Positions 1-17,400 of a stretch of DNA of 64,000 nt are shown here, in pieces. The notes beneath the pieces were generated by a model. The model was given only the letters and a program-made list of their open reading frames with translations, did no database searches and was not told where the DNA came from. Position numbers and translations under genes: made by a program. Every line of letters begins with the position of its first letter. Position 1 is the stretch's first letter. The DNA is taken from NCBI GenBank assembly GCA_964016885.1, contig OZ024741.1, forward strand, positions 357,988,001 through 358,052,000, read 5' to 3'. The DNA comes from Eledone cirrhosa. Its lineage: Eukaryota.

Positions 1-525
1 TCTACTACCCTAGGTATTGAGTACTCTGGTGTGTTATGGTCCACCTGGTAACTTATCACACCCTCGTTGTTTATATATATATATATTCAGGTATTTGCTG
101 TTGTCTTTTGTATGAGGTTCACACATTATCTTTGTCCTCCACTCACAGTTGCTTCAAAATCAAATAATTAAATAATTAGCTACACAGAAACAATTTTGTG
201 TGTCATTGAGTGATGATTGGGTAATTCCAGATAAATCAATTTGAGTTGCCCTCCTGTAAATACATCTTTGATAATACATCTTGTGATGTGTGTATATATA
301 TATACATACACACATCACACAAAAAGTTATTTGTCAATAATATGGTGAACACCTCAACGAAACGATAGCTAAAATATATACAAATTTTATTGTCCCTCAT
401 AGATAGATATTTACTTAGTTGTTTAATCTATGCATGCATGTAATTTATACACCACGCTGGGTTAGTCAGGATAAACTCCATTTACTAACAGGTGGATATT
501 AATTTTTTATACTTCCAAAGAAACC

Positions 526-609
526 CTCTGATGATAGAATCTTCTTCCAGTATTGCTTGTCTTAATTTATTAAGATGGTCAATATTGTTTCCAGAAACTG
601 CAGTCAGAG
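526..609 (+). ncRNA. Type I hammerhead ribozyme motif (Penelope/retrozyme-like) with extended stem II
   Basis: CTGATGA (528-534), then a hairpin, then GAAAC-TGCA-GTC-AGAG (594-609). Palindromic minimal stem III, GUC cleavage triplet, imperfect stem I. Confidence 0.6.
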
Positions 610-953
610 AACAGATGTGATTGAAATGCTCTTGTATTAGTTGGCTCTACTAGTATTCTATACATCAGTAACTTTGCATAAGTTATTCTATACATATATA
701 TGTATATATATAAATTAAAATTAAAAAGTGATTAACATATATATAAATATATCAAACATTAACAGGAGATAATTTGTAAAGAATGTAAGTGATACTCATT
801 TCCAGTCATGTGAATTGCAGCAATGTGGAATGATGGGCTTTGCTCAAAGACATAGTTCATCACTAGTTTTGGGAACTGAACCCAATATCTTATGATTGTG
901 AACCCAACACCTTGACCATGAAGCCATGCACATTCATTCTTTCAAGTAAATCA

Positions 954-6342
<5,389 letters not shown>

Positions 6343-6689
6343 TGTTCTGATATTAAAGGCGTTTGTACCACTTCGTAAAAAGATAATGGTTTCTAATTGA
6401 GACACAAGACCATCAATACAGGGGGGGGGGGGTATATATCCCTGTGTAGAAGATAAAATACAAGTTATATATAGTGTTTGATCATTGCTAGATATATATG
6501 ATTAGTTTCGTATCTACTCAAACAAAAACAACTCCTCTTTCAAGCAATTTTAATGTCTCTCTCTCTCTCTCATTTATCAATCAACCCCCAAATCCGTACA
6601 CCGAATAATATAAGTCATTAAAATAAGATTAGATAGCAGGTTTATAATACTATCATTTATAATTCGGTATATTGAAATCAAAACGCTAT

Positions 6690-7130
6690 AATAGCGAAGC
6701 TGGCCTGTTGTGATGACGCTGATTTCACAACGAACGGCATCAGAAAGTCCCAAACATGAATAAGCAGGTGCCTAAGATACACTCTAAACATTAGATATTC
6801 AGAAATTGTGACCTTCAAAGACTTCTGGACTAAAGCGAAGCATGAGTCAATCGGATAAATACGCAAGTGGAGATTGACAAGTTATACGTTGTGATGACCA
6901 GGGCGGTGTTTGACACGGTAAGCTATTGAGTGGAACCTAGTAGAGGAGGCGGAGTGTTTGACAAGGTAAGGTTTTGAGTAGAACCCAGAGTAGGGAATGG
7001 ACGCTCGAAGATTACCTGACAAAGATCGGCAGAAGAAGAATTGAAGATGACATAGAAAACACATGACAGAAAACTTTGGAGGACTGCCGTGGAGAGTGTG
7101 TTTCGCCAGGAATCTAAACAGGTCATGATG
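6690..7130 (+). mobile_element. Old degraded RTE-type LINE 3' fragment
   Basis: Stop-riddled remnant RCLRYTLNIRYSEIVT...IRKWRL...GRSKIT...AEEEL, typical of the RTE C-terminus. Confidence 0.55.
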
Positions 7131-7176
7131 AAATTTGAAAATAGAAACATTTTTTAAAAAGTTAAATAAAATTTAC

Positions 7177-7204
7177 CTTCTTCTTCACAAGTATTTGAAT
7201 CCAT
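7177..7204 (-). CDS. SIRT3: Candidate alternative SIRT3 first coding exon B (MDSNTCEEE)
   Basis: aaaATGG start, AG|gtaaat phase-1 donor compatible with the 4338 acceptor. Confidence 0.5.
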
Positions 7205-7559
7205 TTTGCGTGAGATATTTCCCCCCGATATAACTTAAATGAGCAAAAAGAAAACTGATGTATTACGATAATTAGTTTCGTATTATCTAATCTGGGGCGA
7301 AGGGTGAATTAACATTCTATAATGCAAGTGTAAAAAGTTGACATTTGTTTAGAGTACATCATGGAAACGTTTGTTTTCCTAAACAGGAGCTACAATGGGA
7401 GATAACTGATACCAACCTACATCTGATGACAAGGAGTTAAGTGTTTGACAGCTGTGAAAGTTAGGAATTTCAGCTTACTAAAGTAAAAGGCGTTTATCAA
7501 AATTCATTCAATATAAAATTACAAAGGAATATATATTGTGAAGTAAAGAAGAAAAGCGA

Positions 7560-7945
7560 TAGAATCAGGTTTCATCTATTTATAGTACTTTGTACTTCCG
7601 GTTATTGCCAGATGATTACATGGTTAATTCCCTTCGTTGACAACAGTTGCTAGACACAATCACATGTGATTTACTCACCAAAAAAGGAGTTTAAATAAAT
7701 GAAACATTCCCACTAAACAAAGTTCTACTATCAACAAAACAGAGACATAAACTTAAGAGAATAATTATTTGTAATATTATCATTATAATATTTACTGATT
7801 GACGCTACCCGCAAGAGTTGAAATAAATCGGACACAATCGATAAAACAGTAATAAATATTGCCAGAAAGAACATGTCAGACAAGAACCAATGAATCCTAC
7901 CAAAAATATATTTTATGTTTGAACTCTCCATGCCATATAAATTTG
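7560..7945. promoter_or_regulatory. Putative divergent promoter between SIRT3 and the Ig-like ORF
   Basis: Repeat-free segment with ETS-type ACTTCCGG (7594-7601), palindromic AATCACATGTGATT (~7659-7672) and TATAAA (7936-7941). Confidence 0.35.
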
Positions 7946-7986
7946 ATGCATGTAAGTAACATAATTTATTGCGACGAAGCAGAATA

Positions 7987-8307
7987 ATGAAGATTCTACA
8001 ACTACTTTGGTTGCTGGCAATGGCAATGGTCAATGCAAAATATAAGATTCAGCCAAATGGAATAACTTGGTTAGGGGAAAATACAACTCTTACAGCTGTA
8101 ATCTCTGATACTAACATACCTATTGTTTGGAAAAGTGGAGTAAAGACATTTGATTGTGAGAAAATATGCATTGAGAATGTTGACTACAAAGTTTCAAGAA
8201 AAGGTGTTTTTAGCCATTGGTTAAGACAGGTATCTTGGAACCATTCAACATGGTAATTTTCTGATGATAACGATAACTCTAAAGAAATCACTATGGGTAT
8301 AAAATGA
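7987..8307 (+). pseudogene. Intronless small secreted Ig-like-domain protein with in-frame TAA at 8254-8256 (truncated gene or pseudogene)
   Basis: Signal peptide MKILQLLWLLAMAMVNA; beta-strand pattern GENTTLTA..IVWK..C..C. The frame stays open 16 codons past the TAA to TGA 8305-8307. AATAAA at 8339-8344. Confidence 0.55.
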
Positions 8308-11276
8308 AAGATTGGGAAGATAACAAATTGTAAATATAAATAAAGTTTACTTTTGTTCATATACTGCTGTAGATGTGTTTACACCTCAGCGTATATAAAA
8401 CAGGGTAATTACTCATGGAAAAGTTTGATTTGCTAGCTTCAAACCTTAAAACATTTCCCTATATTCAATTAAACTAATCTCAAAACTCATTTAATTCTGT
8501 TCTAAATGTTCTTTTACAACCCGTCATCACCATCATTTAATGTCTGTTTTCTCTGCTAGCAGAGGTTGGACAGATCATCACATCGGTACTTAATTCGGAG
8601 ATGCCCACCTCTCAGGCAGGTCACGGGTCCACATCTCACATTCTTTTCTGCACTCTGAGGCATGTTGCCATGTCTTAAACACAACTGAAGAGCCATACCA
8701 ACTTTTTGTTGGCAGTTGATGGAAATAGGTTATAGGAACTAAGAGTAAACTAGGGTCAGTGAGGCTGGGCTAGGGAAGGAGGGGCTGCACGTTGAAGACA
8801 CCTGGAAACTGAAAAGTAGTAGAATGTCGCTCGCTTCTGTAGTTCACCTATATTTCTATTACTGCTTATAACTTGACGCACATGCATAAACCAACTAAGT
8901 AAATTGACAATAATATAAAGGGGAAAGAAAGAAAAAAATGCACATTCCTCCATCCCCAAATACACACAACAGCAAGGAACGTTGGTGTTTGTTTCTAAAA
9001 AATATTGAGGCAACCCCAAACATGGTATTACTGCAGGTTGTGTAACATTAACATGCATGAATGATGATGTACAGGTGAGCTTAAGGAAAAAATGTGCATA
9101 GGGGAATCAGGTGCAGTGTGTATAAGAAATTGCGTTGGTATGGACATGCAGTGTGTGTTGATGGTGATCACTGAATGAAAGAATGCTAACAGTTCCAAGT
9201 GAAAGGAAAGACTGCAGAAAACCTAGGCAGAAGTTGTGAGAGCAGGACACTGAACCTTACAAAGGAAATGACAGGTGGAGGAAATCTGTGCTGGAAAAGA
9301 CTTGTTCAATCGATGCAAGCATGGAAAACTGATGATGATAGTGATGCCAGGTCACTGGAACAGTTAAATATCTTTATGAGCCTTATTGTTCTGAAAATTT
9401 GATTCTTAATCAAGCAAAATGACAACAGTTCCTGACGAGTCCAAAGTGTTTTTATTGTAGATGTCTTTGCCACATTTAGAGAGGTAGTAGATGAAAAGTA
9501 TAGTGTCAATTGTTAAACTAGGAAAATAGATAAAGAAGAAAAAATATATACAGGGAAAAGCGGACGTAAAATGATGATGTTGCTGTTTTGTATATGTAGA
9601 ATGTTAGTCGATATCAACATCTACAACTAAAGCAAGCCTCAGAGGCTCCATGACAGGTTTTATATACATCATGGCATCCTTTTTGAAGCAATGTTTTTCA
9701 AATGGAGGCTCTTCCTGTTGCCAACCATTTTAGTTACCTCTTACAACATGCAGGGATACAATTGTCATAGACAGATGTTACTCGTGTATACTTTGTCACA
9801 TGAGATGTCCATCAGGATAATATTTTTTGTAGCGTGTATTACTGCACTTTCACCTTCATTGTTTTCTTTAAAGGTGCATTGATGTTAATCATCATCATCA
9901 TCATTTCATTTTACGTCCGTTTTTCCCTGCTTGCAAGGGTGGGACAGGAACTGATTCTGGCTTGATTTCTACAGCTGGATGCCCTTCCTAACACCAACCA
10001 CATTTACAGTGAGTGCTGGGTGCTTTTTTGCCGTGGCACCTCCACGATCACTTTGCAGTGGAATGATAGGGACCCCAGTCCCTATCATCTCATTTCTACA
10101 GCTGAGTAAACTGGAGCAATGTGAAATAAAGTGTCTTGCTCAAGGAAACAACACATCACCCAGTCTGAGAATTGAACTCACAACCTTTTGATTGCAAGGC
10201 CAATGCTCTAACCACTAAGCCATGTGCCTCCATATTAATATTGATACTAACATTGATATAGCTGACTGGTTAAGAAGTTTGCTTCGCAATTATGAAGTCA
10301 CATTGGATCCTTCTGCATAGTATCTTGGGCAAGTGTCTTTACCATAGTCTTGTATTTTCATAGTGAAATTGTGTTGACAGAAACTGTGTGGAAGCTTGTC
10401 TGATGGAGTGTACCTATAATTCAAAGGATCAGTTATATCACATTGTATCGTGCTGATTCTGCCTGAGAATTGTGTTGAGAGTACACACTTCTGTGGAATA
10501 CTCAGCAGTTCACATGTTAATTCATGTATTGAACAACTGGATGGTCATCATTGAAACTGACAAAGATCCATCACATGGTGGAGAAACAAATATCAAATCT
10601 ATATAAGTTGAATAACTGAACAAATTAGTTTATTAATGGTTTTAAAAAGTTTTATTTGGATATTTATAATTGTAACAAGTTATATATTATTATATAAAAA
10701 TATATTTCTCAAAAATATATGGGGAGACAGTGATATAATAATTTAAAATATAAAAAAAATGATACCAAACTGACTGAAACTGCTCATAGTTATACAAAAT
10801 AGTTTGTTTTGAAATGTTTATATTTATCTAAAAACCTTTCATCATAGTTTTATGTTAAAACATTCATTAATTTAGGCTCCAAACACTAGATAAATAAAAT
10901 AAAGGTCAATTATATTTGCAAATCCCTCCACATTTTTCATTATTTTCAAAATTATTTGAAAACTACAGGTAGTATCATTAGAAATATAGTAATGAAATGG
11001 TTAAGAAGCTAGGTTATGGTTTCAAATCTTGACTCAGACCTGCGTATAGTTTTATTACATAACTTTGTCTTCTTACCTCAGTAAAATCAGTTGAAAATAA
11101 GTACTACTTTCAGTTCTCATTTCAACAGTTAATGTTAAAAGAGGTCATTGTGTTCAATTTGTTCTAAATGGCTGACTTAAAAATCACTCAACCTCTGTTA
11201 CATTTGAACATCTTGACTGTTAAAATTAATTAAATTGCAAAGTTTGTCTTTATGGATATTATTTTAATCTTGTTCA

Positions 11277-11405
11277 TTAAATTTTGATATGACTTCGGCA
11301 TATGCTGTTGTGAGCTGGGATTGAAATCATTCCTGCAATAGCAACTCCCATTGAATCAGCAACACATGTCACTCCAATACTAAACTCTAAGTATTCAGCA
11401 CTTAT
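11277..11405 (-). CDS. CLN3: CLN3 exon 15 (ISAEYLEFSIGVTCVADSMG...CRSHIKI*)
   Basis: Matches the CLN3 C-terminal EF..C.AD..G pattern, tag acceptor, TAA stop. Confidence 0.92.
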   Translation of the reverse strand: MSAEYLEFSIGVTCVADSMGVAIAGMISIPAHNSICRSHIKI

Positions 11406-14400
11406 CTACAATAGAACAAAAGAAAATAATTTTTTTCATTATTATATAATTTTGCAAAACAAGAAGTTACACAAGGCAATATTGAAGAATATATATACAG
11501 TTGTCCCCCGGTATTCGTGGGGGTTACGTTTCTAGAGCACCTGTGATTTTTGGACATGGTCCATAAATATGCCTATAAATGTCAAAATAGAACATAAAAT
11601 ATAATTTAAAAAAAAAGGGACCATCTTATGCAAAAGGGGTATCCAATAGCTGGCAAATATGGTATATTATTATTATTAATTTAGCGGTGGATTGGCAGTA
11701 TCGGTAGAGGGTCGGACGCCATGCTTGATGCATAGAGTTACGGCCCTTGCCATTCTGAGTTCAAATCCCGCCGAGGTTAACTTTGCCTTTCATCCTTACG
11801 GGTTCGATAAAATAAAGTACCAGTAATACACTTGGTAATTGCTGGCCTTATGCCAAAAGTAGAAACAATTATTAATAATTTAGCATTAAAAAAACCACGG
11901 AAGATGTTTACAATTCTGCGAAATAGTTAGGTTCTAAGGAAAATTCCACGATATTGAGTTTTACATCATGGAAGGGTCATTTTAGTCATTAAGATAATAC
12001 ACAAAAACTGTTAAATCCACTTTACATTTATCTCTTGGAGTCAAAATTTTCATCAGACTGTTTGCGACTTAGTCACTGACAGTTTTATTGCAACAACTTT
12101 GACACACAAAAAAAAAATGATAAATGTAAAGTGAATTTAACATTTTTAGGTTTTTGAATTGCTAAAATAACTCCTTGACAATGTAATTGCTTTAGTTTGA
12201 ATACATGACCTCAGATTCAGTCATTTGGTACAACCTCAAAAGAATGATTAGTTATTTTAAATCATTCTCTGTATCTAAAACTTGACTTTGGATCTCCCAA
12301 ATATCTTGTGCAATAGATGAAAGCTATGTATTTTATTTTTCAGAGTTTAATACTTCTTAATGCCCAACCAAAGACATTTTTAGTATTGGAAATCACTTAA
12401 AAATCATCAGCAAATGCTAACAATTTTTATCACAAATCTCTCAACACATGAATCAATTTGCTAGACCCTTTTCTCTCCTCTGCATCAACATCTGTAGATT
12501 TGATCCAAACTGAATCCCATCAACTACCAAAATATATATTTGGACCTTTTTGATATAAAATTATGGATCTGCTGCTGGTTCTATGATGTATGTATGGACC
12601 TGGTGGAGTCATAGGGGGTGCCTTAGTGATATGCAGCACTTCTTGGGCATTTTGAACCAGGTGGAGCCCATCCTTCTTCATATCTAAGCACAGCTGATTT
12701 CTTCCAGAGAAGGAAAGAGGAAGTAAGAAAGAAATACAGAGAAAGAATTTACCTCAGTGCTGGACTTGCAATTTTTTTTATTGACCTCGGCAAGGATGAA
12801 AAGCCAAGTTAACCTTGGCAAGGTTTGAACTCTGAGTGCAGAGAGCCAGAATGAACACTTCAAAGCATTCTATCCAATGTTCTAACAACTCTGCTAATTT
12901 ACTCCCTCAGTTCTATGATACAAAACTTATTAAAGTGTGTATATTTCTATAAAAAAAACTATTATAATTTTATGTAAGAACCTTTGTTAAGTTATTTTTC
13001 TAATACCCAATAAATAATAAAGAGAAAATTTAGTTATATTACAAAATCCTTCCAAATTCTTGATTATTTTCAAAATTATTATGAAAATCATAGACAATGT
13101 CTTTCATTAGAAATGGTTAAAAATAATGAAATTATAAACAATGAAATGGTTAAAAATAACAAGACATTCAGATATCTTATTCCTTCTGAGAAATAATTCT
13201 CTCATTCATCACCGTCATCAACCCATGCAAGCATGGAAAAGCGAACGTAAAAATGATGATAACGATCAATTTTGAAGGTTACACTGTTGTTGCTAGTACA
13301 ACTGGGGATGTTAGGAATAAAAATACCTTTAAATTACTTACCTCATTTGACATTCGATAATAAGTATTAACATAAGCTAAACCACCCTGTGCTCCTTCAA
13401 TCAACACAATTGAAATGATGATCCAAAAGTTTCGGATATATTGATAGAAGACTTGTGTCTGTAGAATGGCTAAAATTCCAAACTGGAAATAAAAATAAAT
13501 AAAATAAGGTATGTTTTAATTTGCAGATCTATTACTCTAAAGGTATGATAGATATTATATTTTGCTTACACAAGACATTAAGGCTCCATTCTTAGCCCTC
13601 TCCTGTTTATTATTGTCATACAGGTTATAACAGAAGAGTTTAAGACTGGTTGCTCATGAAAACTTCTGTATGTAGATGATTTAACCCTTATAGCTGAATC
13701 TGGCAGAACTAGAGAAAAAATTCCAAATCTGGAAGCAAGGTCTTAAAGTCAATATTGGTAAAGAGCAAAGTCCTAGTATGTAGAAAGAAAAACAGGGCCC
13801 AGATTCCCTCTGGTAAATGACCTTGCTCAGTGTGCAGGAAAAGAGTAGGAAGAAATTCCATCCTATGCCTCAAATTCAAATGTGTACACACGAGATGTAG
13901 TGGGATTTCAGGTACGCTAGCAGAGAATACAGGTTTTATATGTGGTCATTACAGAGGTGCAGTAAGTAGCAAGAGCCTACAGGAAACTAGCTCCTTTAAA
14001 TGCCCAATGGGCTCAGTAGAAGTAGTTGATAGTTTCTGTTACCTGGACGACCAAATTAGCTGAGGAGGTGGGTGTTCTGAAAGTACTATAGCTAGAGTGA
14101 GAACGGGATGGAGAAAGTTCAGGGAGCTACTGCTGCTGCTAACTACATAAGGTGTTTCCCAGAAAATTAAGGGCAGATTGTATGATGCATGTATACAAAC
14201 AGCAATGTTACATTGTAGTGAGACCTGGGTGCTGTGTGCAGAGGACCTGCGAAGATTGGAAAGAAATTAAGCTAACATGCTTCGATGGATGTGCAATAGT
14301 AATATAAATGAACGGCAAAGCATAAATGAACTATGAGAGAAACTGAGCATAAAAGGGATCAGATGCAGTGTGCAGGAGAGGAGATTGAGGTGGTATGGAC

Positions 14401-17400
14401 ATGTGATGCATATGAAGGATGACAACTGTATAAAAAGGTGCATGGCGCTCAAAGTTGATGGAAGCTATGGAGTGGAAAGATTTGGGATGAGCTAATAAAA
14501 GCTGACCTTGCACAATTGTACCTCTCAAAGATTGAGATCTCTGGCATTATGCAATAATACCAAAGAACTGCTTTCTTATGTGTATGGGTTGAATCATGCA
14601 TCTAGTGCGCATTACCTTCCATCCACCTCCCACATCCTAATGCTCCCAATCTTCATCCACGTCCCTACACCACCCTTCACCAGATAAGTGCCCAACCCTA
14701 GATCTACCTTTCCAATCCCCATCCACACTGTAAAGTGGTCATGTAGGTGTCATGACAAAAAGCACCCAGTCCACACTGTAAATGTGGTTGGTGAGAAGAA
14801 GGGCATCCAGCTGTAGAAATCAAGCCAAAAAGGGCCCAGTCCACAATGTAAAGTGGTCGTGTAAGTGTCACAACAAAAAGCGCCCATACCACACTAAAGT
14901 GGTTGTGTAGGTGTTAGGACGAAACGCACCCAGTCCACACTGTAAATGTGGTGGGTGTTAGAAAGGGCATCCAGCCTTAGAAACCAAGTCAGAAACAGTT
15001 ATGTATTAGCAAGACACGGTCATCTGATCTGGCTTGTTTTACAGCAGGACAACTCGTCTAACCCATGCTAGCATGGAAAAATGCACGTTAAACGGTGATG
15101 ATAAAGAAGACAACAGATTAAATCATTATCATCATCATTTTATGTCTGCTTTTCCCCGCTTGCAAGGGTGGGACGGGTCCTATTAAGCACGGCATTTCTC
15201 CATTCGTCACTGTCCTTTGCAATATTTCTTCCAACTCTATATGCTTTGTGTTCAAATCCCACCAAAGTCAACTTTGCTTTTAATTTTTTTGAGGTGCGAT
15301 AAACAAAGTAGCAGTTCAGAGTTGGTGGAATTTGACAAGAAGCCTTGTTGTTTCTGTTCTGGTTCTGTACATTCAGAATTCGAATCCTATCTCTTGTCAT
15401 TAGAGGTGCAGTGATACGTCTGCTAGGAATTGCAACTAACAGATAGTATCAGCAATGAAAAAACTAATGGAAACATACCTTCCTTGGCCCCTTCTTTTCC
15501 TTATGCACAAAACCATTTTTTGAAAGGAGAGAAGGTACAGTCGATTGAGCCAACCATATTATTTTACTTGTACATATTTTATCAACTCTAGAGGAATAAA
15601 AAACATGGTTTCTGTAGTTAGATGCCCTTTCTAATGCCAGACACTTCACAGGGTGTATTAGGTGCATTGTGGCACCAACATCAGCGAGGTTGTCATATAT
15701 TCAGCAATATTAAATAGCTCTCTCTTCTCTGCCCTGTCTCTGTTTGTTCGTCAATCACTTTACATAGTGTACTGTGTACATTTTATTATGGCACTAGTGC
15801 TAAGGAGATTGTCAAGCCCAGTTTGAAGAAAATAAAAGGCCAAATAATCTTAAGAAAATAAAAGATAGAGTATGAGGAAGGATAAGATAGCAGGAAGGAA
15901 AAGAATAAGAAGAAAAAGACAGAGTAGGAGGAGGGGAGGAAGACAAAAGGAAGAAGAGAAACCATAAATATATTTTCTTATTCCTAATGTGAAAAGAAAA
16001 CGTTACTTGGAAAGAATTACATGAGACATTGAAATGTTGGAGAGAAAAAAACTAGAAAAACAAGAATGAAATTTGTACCTGAAATATTACTGGTATCCAG
16101 AGGAATTTTAAATGGAAAAGGTTTACAGAAGATCGAGCAATAAAAACACCAATTTGATAATCAACCTGATACCTGGAGAAAAAAAAAAACAAATAATGAA
16201 ATTCATTAACCCTTTTGATACTAAACCATCCTTGGTTCTATAATACAAAACCGTTTTAAAATGTTTATATTAATCTAAATACTTTTCATCATATTTTTAT
16301 GTAAGAATCTTTATTAAGTTATACTTCAAACACCAGCTTCATAATGAGAGTGCTGGTTATATTATTAAATCCCTCGAAATTCTTGATTATTTTCAAAATT
16401 GTCTGAAAATTATAGATAGTGTCCTACATTAAAAATATGATAATGAAAGGGTTAACATTGACCTTAACAATTCCTAATGCTTCTACATGACAATTGTCAT
16501 CACTACATTCAATTCTAAGCTTCTTAACTTGTGTCATTTTTTTTTATTAAAAAAAAAGAAATCTTCAATAAAGTAGTCAGTGGAGAGGGAGATGTAATTG
16601 ATGTGTATATAGCTTGAACATTTGTAGGTTTGATGTGTAGGAGGGGGGAGATTGGAATTCCCAAGGGTTGCAGCTCTGGGGAAAGACATTGGGAGAAAAT
16701 GTTTTGTGTGTGTGAGGGGTTGAGAGACTGGATACAGGAGGAATGATAGATGAGTTAAGTGGGGGGGGGGGGGGGGGTATGAATATAGCTAGTTTAGAAG
16801 ATGAGAGGTCATTACAGTAGAGAGAGAAGGAGAGGGGAAAACAGGTGACAATTAGCTATCGGTTGAACAAAGTCGGTGAGTAAATTATTTCTAATGAGTC
16901 GAATTGACAATAAAAAAAATGTGATTTAGGATGCCTGTATGAAACTAAACTGCATCCAGAGGTGAGACTCAGATTTTGGAGTTTTGGAGAGTTTGGAGTC
17001 ATCCCTTTTTTTTCCATTAAGGTCAAATAGACCTGCAATTGTATTGAGTCCCCAAGTATTTGAGAAGAGAATGGCCTTCATTTATGAAGGGATAGTTGTG
17101 AATATGCAGTCTTAGACCAAACACAGGTAAATATTAAGCACCGTACATTAGCCAGTGGCTAAGGCATTAAAAATAATTCTGTCCAGAGTACCCAACATGA
17201 CACTCAAATTTATAGCAAGATGTGTTTGAAAACAGATGGTGTTATCTAACCCTTTAGATACTAATCTACTTGAGACTACTTTCGTTTTATAACACAGAAA
17301 TTCTGGTTTGGAAGTGTTCAGATTTAAATTAAAACCTCCAGACACTTTAAAACGAATAGAATCAATTATTTTACTAATCCTCTCAAATGTTTTGATTATT

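Noticed and set aside
7420-7470. CTGATGA...GAAA possible hammerhead
   Set aside because: Stem II closing pair and stems I/III do not form.
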